DNA of 63,803 bases, counting the filler, from Phoronis australis (Eukaryota > Animalia > Phoronida): the NCBI GenBank assembly GCA_002633005.1. It is 9 parts of 9 records of this genome, joined end to end, with 100 filler letters (N's around TTAATTAATTAA, not from the genome) between each part and the next. Parts side by side here need not be neighbours in the genome. Positions count along the whole stretch, not along the records: positions 61,581 to 63,803 come from NMRA01000264.1; 8 more parts are not named here. One strand, given 5' to 3'. Made by a program: the position numbers and the translations under genes. Shown in pieces: positions 63,316 through 63,803 of this stretch. Position 1 is the first letter of the stretch; every line of letters starts with the position of its first letter. A model generated the notes under the pieces. That model was not told the DNA's origin. It searched no databases and worked only from the letters and a program-made list of their open reading frames with translations.

Positions 63316-63803
63316 TGTTGTATTATCTATGTTCACCACTAGGTGACGCTCCCGGCATTCCCGTCTCTTATCGCCGGAAGTCGAATAAACGATCACTGTT
63401 CTCATCCTCGCCTTGTGTTACTTGATTTATAGTCAAACTACCCACGAAATAACTCAACATGGTGGCAACGGTAGGATTATAGAACACTCAAGTAACTATT
63501 AAAAGTGATTTTAAAACATTTGACTGTCTAAGTTATCGTGAATTTGTGCCAACCTCACCCGTGACCTCACCTCGCCGTCACCGCCTGCGCACAAATCGAC
63601 AATGACAACCAAAATGCCCGTCATGAACTGGCAGTATGAGCCACTTTGCGATTCATTTCGTGCCTTCCGAGCACGAATGGACCTGTTTTTAGTAGACAAC
63701 GACGTCACCGACACTACTAAGAAAGCGACCAAGATAAAAATAGCGCTTGGAGATGAGGGCATGCGCCGGATTCTCAACTCGGGAATGAGCACCACCGACC
63801 AGA
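63316..63803 (+). mobile_element. Ty3/Gypsy LTR retrotransposon 5' end (LTR, PBS and start of gag), Mag-like
   Basis: A 144-bp LTR TGTTG...CAACA (63316-63459) with an internal AATAAA. It is followed immediately by TGGTGGCAACGGTAGGAT (63460-63477), nearly complementary to the 3' end of tRNA-Leu. Confidence 0.85.
63602..63803 (+). CDS. Gag N-terminus of the LTR retrotransposon (runs off the window)
   Basis: Open frame MTTKMPVMNWQYEPLCDSFRAFRARMDLFLVDNDVTDTTKKATKIKIALGDEGMRRILNSG.. begins 125 bp after the PBS. The PxMxW...F..F...LGxEG pattern resembles Mag-clade gag. Confidence 0.75.
   Translation, partial: MTTKMPVMNWQYEPLCDSFRAFRARMDLFLVDNDVTDTTKKATKIKIALGDEGMRRILNSGMSTTDQ

Noticed and set aside
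63511-63795. 94-aa minus-strand ORF with a hydrophobic stretch
   Set aside because: It is the antisense shadow of the gag frame.

Overview
This is animal (invertebrate metazoan) nuclear DNA, AT-rich with spliceosomal GT-AG introns, and not a prokaryotic region, so most ORFs in the six-frame track are noise. The window is an artificial concatenation of nine contigs joined by eight identical 100-nt linkers (44N-TTAATTAATTAA-44N), so adjacency across linkers has no biological meaning. Splicing exons by eye recovers six partial genes. (1) A minus-strand gene encoding an unrecognised ~115-aa N-terminal region plus two EH domains. (2) ATP6V0B (V-ATPase c''), lying head-to-head with gene 1, with MiT/TFE-type CATGTG boxes in the shared promoter. 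(3) A nearly complete BABAM2/BRE. (4) The first three coding exons of XPOT, with a young-looking Tx1/L1 retrotransposon in an intron. (5) A tandem F5/8-type-C (discoidin) gene with rearranged cysteines. (6) One septin exon. The rest is dense in transposons: DNA elements with 2-, 3-, 5-, 7- and 9-bp target duplications, foldbacks, Helentron/HINE-like repeats, LINE and SINE remnants, and the 5' end of a Gypsy element. The best novelty candidate is the EH-gene/ATP6V0B divergent pair. All family assignments are by-eye recognition, and no searches were run.
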